Source: Candidatus Saccharimonadota bacterium
Lineage (GTDB): Bacteria; Bacteroidota; Bacteroidia; Cytophagales; Amoebophilaceae
NCBI RefSeq assembly: GCF_964030745.1
Contig: NZ_OZ034918.1
Span: 570,001-602,000, forward strand
DNA length: 32,000 bases
Direction of reading: 5' to 3'
In this document: in pieces, positions 26,941-32,000 of the stretch
How positions within the stretch are numbered: the stretch's first letter is position 1
Layout: every line of letters begins with the position of its first letter
Notes under the pieces: generated by a model
The model's database searches: none
Told to the model about the DNA's origin: nothing
The model's input: only the letters and a program-made list of their open reading frames with translations
Program-made: the position numbers and the translations under genes

Positions 26941-27111
26941 TCAAATAAAACATCGTGGAACGCCCCCTATTAGGAAGCTAACATCATGCTGTTACCAGCG
27001 GTAGCAATATAACTGATTTGCCTTCGATATGAAAATCATCACGCCGTTTATCTATGATCTTGACAAAGATGGTTAGGCGTAATCAAATTAGCAGCCAACC
27101 CAAAAGATTAG

Positions 27112-27253
27112 AGACCTTCTGCAAAACCTATTTCCAATGGCAATTTTGGTGTCGAAACTTGTCTATGCTCCTCAAATACATCTAGTATTCTGCGGTGCTC
27201 GACGGCGCTTCTCCTAAAAATTGCTGATCACAAATAGCTTTTGCAGAAGGTCT
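27112..27253. mobile_element. MITE-B, 142 bp, second copy
   Basis: Terminal inverted repeats are agaccttctgcaaaacctat and atagcttttgcagaaggtct. It is flanked by TAG (27109-27111) and TAG (27254-27256). The interior is colinear with 5437-5579. Confidence 0.85.
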
Positions 27254-27343
27254 TAGGTCGATGCCATAAATCTTCTATTCAATGTTTGGGAAATAGCCTA
27301 ATATACCCTAAATTGGATAGGTTTATTTCGATTGAAATTTTCT

Positions 27344-27425
27344 GCGCATGTGGTGAAATTGGTATACACGCCATCTTGAGGGGGTGGTGCTTTCGGGCAT
27401 GGGGGTTCGAGTCCCCCTGTGCGCA
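27344..27425 (+). tRNA. tRNA-Leu (anticodon GAG)
   Basis: Hand-folded 82-nt class II tRNA. Acceptor gcgcatg/tgtgcgc (two G-U pairs); D arm gtg-aaattggtata-cac; anticodon arm ccatc-ttGAGgg-ggtgg; long variable arm tgctttcgggcat; T arm ggggg-ttcgagt-ccccc; discriminator A. CCA is not encoded. Confidence 0.88.
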
Positions 27426-27474
27426 CGGAAAGCAGTTTGTATGCTGCTTAACTGTAGTCTTTGAGAAACCCTTG

Positions 27475-27549
27475 GGGTGGTTAGCTCAGATGGTTTAGAG
27501 CATTCCGTTGACATCGGAAAGGTCGTTGGTTCGAGTCCAATGCCGCCCA
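27475..27549 (+). tRNA. tRNA-Val (anticodon GAC)
   Basis: Hand-folded 75-nt cloverleaf. Acceptor gggtggt/gccgccc (two G-U pairs); D arm gctc-agatggtttag-agc; anticodon arm ttccg-ttGACat-cggaa; variable aggtc; T arm gttgg-ttcgagt-ccaat; discriminator A. CCA is not encoded. Confidence 0.88.
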
Positions 27550-27626
27550 CAATATTGGAATTCTTTAATGCATCCCCCCTAGGCTGCATTAAAGTAGATA
27601 AAATAATACTCAAATTTAGTTGATCA

Positions 27627-28445
27627 TTGCGTGCCCATAGAAGATTTTTGGATTATTTCGAGCGTAAGTATCAGTTGGTGATTCGAAATGTTGAAAATTT
27701 TGCGGAGCATATAACGCCTCCTTTTAGTTATGTAACCCTCATTACAGTATTTTTATCATGGTTATGTGTGAGTTTTGGCCTTAGCTTATGGCTGGCCAAG
27801 ACCGTTTTGGCTAGGTGGATGAACCCTGTCTATATAGAGGCAGAAAATCAAAAAAAAATACTTTCCTTGGCTACTACGGTAGAAGCATTAGAGCAACAGA
27901 TTACATACCAAACAAAGTTTATTGCCACCTTGCAAAAAATCATTCAAGGAAAGTCTAAACAGCTGCTTCCCGCTACACCTCCTGCTACTACTCAGGAGCC
28001 GACAATAGAAACTGTATCGAAAACACCGCCATCTCTGCCTGAATCGACCAATCACAAAAAAACCGTTGAAACCAGGTCGCCTTTATTATTTCCCCCTATT
28101 AGTGGAATGATTACAAAACCATTCCATAGGGAAGGCAACCATTATGGAGTCGATATTGTGGCAAAAGACAAAGATCCTATTAAGGCTATAGCAACTGGTA
28201 TCGTGATTTTTGCTGATTGGTCTGTTGATACAGGATGGGTTATTGTGATTCAACATTATAACAATATCGTTTCAATCTGTAAGCATTGTGCTTTTTTATT
28301 TAAAAAAGTTGGTAACTTGGTTAGGGCAGGTGATGTGGTGGCGCTTATGGGCAACTCTGGAGAAATTTCTACGGGGCCACATTTACACTTTGAGCTTTGG
28401 AGCGAAGGCGTTGCACTAAATCCGGAAGATTATATTAATTCCTAA
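27627..28445 (+). CDS. M23 family metallopeptidase (membrane-anchored)
   Basis: 272 aa. It has an N-terminal TM helix and a Pro/Thr-rich linker. The LytM-type catalytic motifs HYGVDIVA (HxxxD) and GPHLHFELW (HxH) are present. The only start upstream of the TM helix is the TTG at 27627. Confidence 0.85.
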   Translation: MRAHRRFLDYFERKYQLVIRNVENFAEHITPPFSYVTLITVFLSWLCVSFGLSLWLAKTVLARWMNPVYIEAENQKKILSLATTVEALEQQITYQTKFIATLQKIIQGKSKQLLPATPPATTQEPTIETVSKTPPSLPESTNHKKTVETRSPLLFPPISGMITKPFHREGNHYGVDIVAKDKDPIKAIATGIVIFADWSVDTGWVIVIQHYNNIVSICKHCAFLFKKVGNLVRAGDVVALMGNSGEISTGPHLHFELWSEGVALNPEDYINS

Positions 28446-28449
28446 AAAA

Positions 28450-28947
28450 ATGTTCAATAACAAAATGAAAAGTACAAGTCCTGTAACCATTAGCAACATC
28501 ATAGGCCAGGGCTCTCACTTAGAAGGTAATATACATACTACAGGTAATTTGCGTGTAGAGGGTAAAATAACAGGTGGCATTAAGACAAAAGCAAAAGTGG
28601 TGTTGAGCCATACTGCTCAGATAGAAGGCAATATTGTAGCGCAGAATGCTGAAATTGGTGGAGAGGTCAAAGGCACGATAGAAGTGATAGAATTGCTTGT
28701 GCTTAAATCAACCGCAACCGTATGGGGCGATATTATTGCCAGCAAACTGATTTTTGAAGAGGGTGCTTGTTTTGATGGGAAATGTAAAATGGGTAAGGAA
28801 CATAAAACCATTAACAACTATGAACGAGATTGTCTTTCTGCCGCTCCAACTGGCCCATCTTCTGAATCAGAAGAGTTTGAATATGTTGAAAAACAATCAG
28901 AAAGTACAATGACATCTACCCGATCTAATCAATCAATGATTCCTTAA
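28450..28947 (+). CDS. Bactofilin (polymer-forming cytoskeletal protein)
   Basis: 165 aa. It has the repetitive beta-helix signature of the bactofilin/DUF583 domain (LEGNIHTTGNLRVEGKITGGIKTKAKVVLSHTAQIEGNIVAQNAEIGGEVKGTIE...GDIIASKLIFEEGACFDGKCKMG) and a disordered acidic tail. It starts 4 nt after the M23 gene. Confidence 0.88.
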   Translation: MFNNKMKSTSPVTISNIIGQGSHLEGNIHTTGNLRVEGKITGGIKTKAKVVLSHTAQIEGNIVAQNAEIGGEVKGTIEVIELLVLKSTATVWGDIIASKLIFEEGACFDGKCKMGKEHKTINNYERDCLSAAPTGPSSESEEFEYVEKQSESTMTSTRSNQSMIP

Positions 28948-28948
28948 A

Positions 28949-30160
28949 ATGAATAGCCTCATAGAACCAAAAGTACGTGGATTCCTATGCACTACTGCCC
29001 ATCCAACAGGTTGTGCACAAAATGTAAGTGAACAAATAAAATATGTAACTAGCCATGCTCCAATTGCATTGGGTCCTAAGAAAGTACTGATCATAGGAGC
29101 ATCTACAGGTTATGGCTTGGCCAGCAGAATAGTTGCCGCTTTTGGGGCTAAAGCGCAGACCATAGGTGTCTTTTTTGAACGAGCGGCTGATGATAAACGG
29201 ACTGCCTCTCCTGGTTGGTACCATACAGCTGCTTTTGAGCAAGCTGCTCATCAAGCAGGGCTTTATGCTAAAAGCATTAATGGAGATGCCTTTTCAGAGG
29301 CTATCAAGCGAGAAGTCATTGCGTTAATCAAACAGGATTGGGGTGGGGAAGTAGATTTGGTTATCTATAGCCTAGCTTCTCCCCGTCGCACCCATCCCCA
29401 AACAGGCATAACCTTTAAATCTGTTTTAAAACCTATTGGGGCGCCCTATAGCAACAAAACCATTGATATAATCAGTGGTCGTCTTTCGACTGTTTGTATG
29501 GAGCCTGCAACACCTCAAGAAATAGCAGATACAGTTGCAGTTATGGGAGGTGAAGATTGGACCATGTGGATAGAAGCTTTGTTAAAGGAAAAGCTACTCG
29601 CTAAGACTGCACAAACAGTAGCGTACTCTTATATTGGGCCTCAGTTAACAGATCCGATCTATTCAAAAGGAACCATTGGAGCAGCGAAAAAAAATTTAGT
29701 AGCAGCAAGTAAAATCATACAACAACGACTCACCTCTATTCATGGAAAAGCACTTATTGCTGTCAATAAAGCGTTGGTTACACAAGCTAGTGCAGCCATA
29801 CCGGTAGTACCTCTTTACATTTCATTGCTTTATAAGATCATGAAAGAAAAAGGTTTGCACGAGGGATGTATAGAGCAAATGTATAGGCTATATGTTGATC
29901 ATTTGTATAGGCAAGATGGTCAGGTATCTGTAGATGAACAAGGCCTGATTCGCATAGACGATTGGGAAATGCGGGAAGATGTACAACAAGCTGTTGCTGC
30001 GCTCTGGTCAAAGGTAGACGATAACAATGTAGCTACGCTTACTGACTTTGTAGGCTACCGTCATGAATTTTATAAATTATTTGGTTTTGAAGTAGAAGGG
30101 GTGGATTATACTGCTGCGCAAGCGGTAGAGATTCCCATACCTTCTTTAAAGAAGCCTTAA
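28949..30160 (+). CDS. fabV: Enoyl-[acyl-carrier-protein] reductase FabV (trans-2-enoyl-CoA reductase family)
   Basis: 403 aa, colinear by eye with Vibrio FabV: RGF.CTTAHPTGC, VL.IGASTGYGLASRI, GVFFE, LYAKS.NGDAFS, VYSLASP.R, VMGGEDW, VAYSYIG, AIPV.PLYI, GLHEGC.EQ.YR. It starts 1 nt after the bactofilin stop. Confidence 0.93.
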   Translation: MNSLIEPKVRGFLCTTAHPTGCAQNVSEQIKYVTSHAPIALGPKKVLIIGASTGYGLASRIVAAFGAKAQTIGVFFERAADDKRTASPGWYHTAAFEQAAHQAGLYAKSINGDAFSEAIKREVIALIKQDWGGEVDLVIYSLASPRRTHPQTGITFKSVLKPIGAPYSNKTIDIISGRLSTVCMEPATPQEIADTVAVMGGEDWTMWIEALLKEKLLAKTAQTVAYSYIGPQLTDPIYSKGTIGAAKKNLVAASKIIQQRLTSIHGKALIAVNKALVTQASAAIPVVPLYISLLYKIMKEKGLHEGCIEQMYRLYVDHLYRQDGQVSVDEQGLIRIDDWEMREDVQQAVAALWSKVDDNNVATLTDFVGYRHEFYKLFGFEVEGVDYTAAQAVEIPIPSLKKP

Positions 30161-30171
30161 TAAACTCTTCC

Positions 30172-32000
30172 TTAAAAAGGATAGCCAATGGCCAGGTTGA
30201 AAACGGGTTGTAACTGCTTTAGTGGTTGTCCAGAAGGTCTATGTAATGGAAAGGCTAAATCCCCACATAGTACGAAGGTATTATAGAAATTTAACCGTAA
30301 GCCAAAACCACCCCCTATTGCAAAAGCTGGTGTCTTAAAATAGAATTTCATTTCTGGTGGCGCATCTTTTGACAACCGCCAGGTATTGCCCATGTCTAGG
30401 AAAAGTGCTCCTTCTAGGTGGCCAATTAATTTTCGACGCAGTTCTATATTGCCTAGCAAGAGTAAATCCCCTTTGCGTACTTCTTTTTTATTTCCTTCGT
30501 ATGCACCAGGACCAACCATTTGCCTATCCCAAGCCCTTACACTACCATGCCCCCCTATTGCATATTGTTTGTCTGGATGGACTTTATCTGCTGCCGTATA
30601 GCCTTTCGCAGCACCTAATTTAGCTTGGCAAGCTAGTGTCGTATCTGTGGCAAGTTGAAAGGCATGACGATAGCCTATATCAAATTTAATATATTTGTAA
30701 ACTTGAAATGTTTCGGGTAAAATCTGCTTAAAGGGAGTTAGATGTTCAAATAATCCTCCATGTTCTATACGAATTGAAGCCATCCATCTATATCCATCCA
30801 ACGCATTTAGAGATAGTGTAGGGGTAGCTGCTTTTATCGTGGCTATGCAGCCTATGCTAGTTAAAAAAGAAGGTGATCTTAATTTTGTTGTAAGCTTGTC
30901 TACTGCTGTAGCCTTTATGGTTTGGGGATAATCAAATACCACTTTAAATGGTGAAAATTGATAGGAGATATGCTTGTTATACCAATCATAATGTAATGTG
31001 GCATCTATTTTTTGGCTATTGTAAATAGGGTTTTTTGTCAAACTGTAGCCAATATTCAGTGTAGTGCTTGGATTAAAATTTTCCAGCATCAGATTGGTTT
31101 TTTTGGGTAGCCAGAGTATAAAACGAGGTGTGGTAAATTTACTGCGTAATCCATAGGCAATATTTTGGTAAAGCTTAGAGGTGGTTTGTATGATGAATTC
31201 CTCTCTCAATGCAATACTTGCTTCTATATTCAGGATACCTAGGCCGGCAACCTGTCTTATAATAGGGTTCAGCTTGATGGTAGGACGGAGCCGCTTTAGA
31301 TTGAGGTTAATACACTCCCCGCCCAACTCTATTTGCAACCTTACCCGTTCATAAGGCTTTGCATGAATGTAAACAACCAATTCATCCGCTTCTATTTTGG
31401 GTAAAATCGAAATCGATTCAAATGTAGCAGTTCGATAGAGCCGTTCATAGGTTTCTAGAATTTTACTTTTATTATAAAAATCACCAGGTCTAAGCGGTAT
31501 TTTACCTGCTAAATCTTCTAAGGGATATCGGTTTGATGGTACCAAAAAATCAAGGTTCTGACATGTTTTTGTTTGTAGATGTATAGCACTTGCTTGCTGA
31601 TCCTTTTGGCTGGTTAGATCTACTATGACACGTCCTATTTTTGTTTTATGAATGGTGGTATCGGGTGCACCTACTATAGTAGTTACAGCTATGGTATGGT
31701 CATTTTTCGATAGATCGGCTTTAAAGTATACATACTGTTCGTCAAATTCAAAGTACCCATTATCAGACAACAGGTTGATAATGCGCTCTTGCTCGTTGAC
31801 AAAATCTTGATATTGATAAGGGCAGCCTACTTTAATAAAGCTTTCACTATTATGGCCAGCTAATAGGTCGCGTATTGGTTTATAGTTTATCTGTAAACTT
31901 GTTGAAGCAATTTTATACACATTGTGTTGCTGTATGCGATAGGTCACGCATACTCTTTGCTTTTGAAAATCAGTTTTGCTGGTAACTTCAGCATCTAAAT
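30172..32000 (-). CDS. Omp85/BamA-TamA family outer-membrane protein, 5'-partial (runs off the window)
   Basis: The C-terminal beta-barrel ends in an aromatic residue (NLAIGYPF), with an alternating beta-strand pattern and a POTRA-like N-terminal part. The frame stays open from 31947 to nt 32000, so the GTG at 31947 in the ORF track is probably not the true start. Confidence 0.75.
   Translation of the reverse strand, partial: LDAEVTSKTDFQKQRVCVTYRIQQHNVYKIASTSLQINYKPIRDLLAGHNSESFIKVGCPYQYQDFVNEQERIINLLSDNGYFEFDEQYVYFKADLSKNDHTIAVTTIVGAPDTTIHKTKIGRVIVDLTSQKDQQASAIHLQTKTCQNLDFLVPSNRYPLEDLAGKIPLRPGDFYNKSKILETYERLYRTATFESISILPKIEADELVVYIHAKPYERVRLQIELGGECINLNLKRLRPTIKLNPIIRQVAGLGILNIEASIALREEFIIQTTSKLYQNIAYGLRSKFTTPRFILWLPKKTNLMLENFNPSTTLNIGYSLTKNPIYNSQKIDATLHYDWYNKHISYQFSPFKVVFDYPQTIKATAVDKLTTKLRSPSFLTSIGCIATIKAATPTLSLNALDGYRWMASIRIEHGGLFEHLTPFKQILPETFQVYKYIKFDIGYRHAFQLATDTTLACQAKLGAAKGYTAADKVHPDKQYAIGGHGSVRAWDRQMVGPGAYEGNKKEVRKGDLLLLGNIELRRKLIGHLEGALFLDMGNTWRLSKDAPPEMKFYFKTPAFAIGGGFGLRLNFYNTFVLCGDLAFPLHRPSGQPLKQLQPVFNLAIGYPF

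Noticed and set aside
27241-27613. ORFs 27241-27498 (+) and 27323-27613 (-)
   Set aside because: They overlap the end of MITE-B and the two well-folding tRNA genes. The tRNA explanation is much stronger.

Overview
AT-rich bacterial window with Bacteroidota-type gene content. Supporting genes are FabV, a bactofilin next to an M23 peptidase, a eukaryote-like class Ia RNR, FloA and AAA-ATPase-like/PD-(D/E)XK proteins. The load of IS elements, MITEs and palindromic repeats suggests a host-associated or endosymbiont genome of the Amoebophilus/Cardinium type; this taxon guess is inference only. Housekeeping genes: pdhA, a membrane-anchored TPR protein, recJ, floA, nrdB, nrdA, trpS, pssA, tRNA-Leu(GAG), tRNA-Val(GAC), an M23 peptidase-bactofilin-fabV operon, and a 5'-partial Omp85/BamA-family gene at the right edge. 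Accessory content: an intact IS5-family element with terminal inverted repeats, a decayed IS110 transposase, solo IS ends, two clean copies of a 142-143 bp MITE (one nested inside another repeat, with target-site duplication), and at least five copies of a ~200 bp long-palindrome repeat. The most unusual locus is nrdB-nrdA followed at 24 nt and 11 nt spacing by two paralogous sodium:solute symporter (SSS) genes. The second SSS gene encodes a 1203-aa chimera: SSS domain, an extra multi-TM block, a degenerate histidine-kinase-like module, and a RelA/SpoT-type HD domain whose catalytic HD is replaced by YE. A third, decayed SSS copy lies beside a thymidylate-kinase homolog that lacks a P-loop. 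Two convergent AAA-ATPase-like/PD-(D/E)XK paralogs sit in an island bordered by IS scars. All functional calls rest on motif recognition by eye; no database searches were run.
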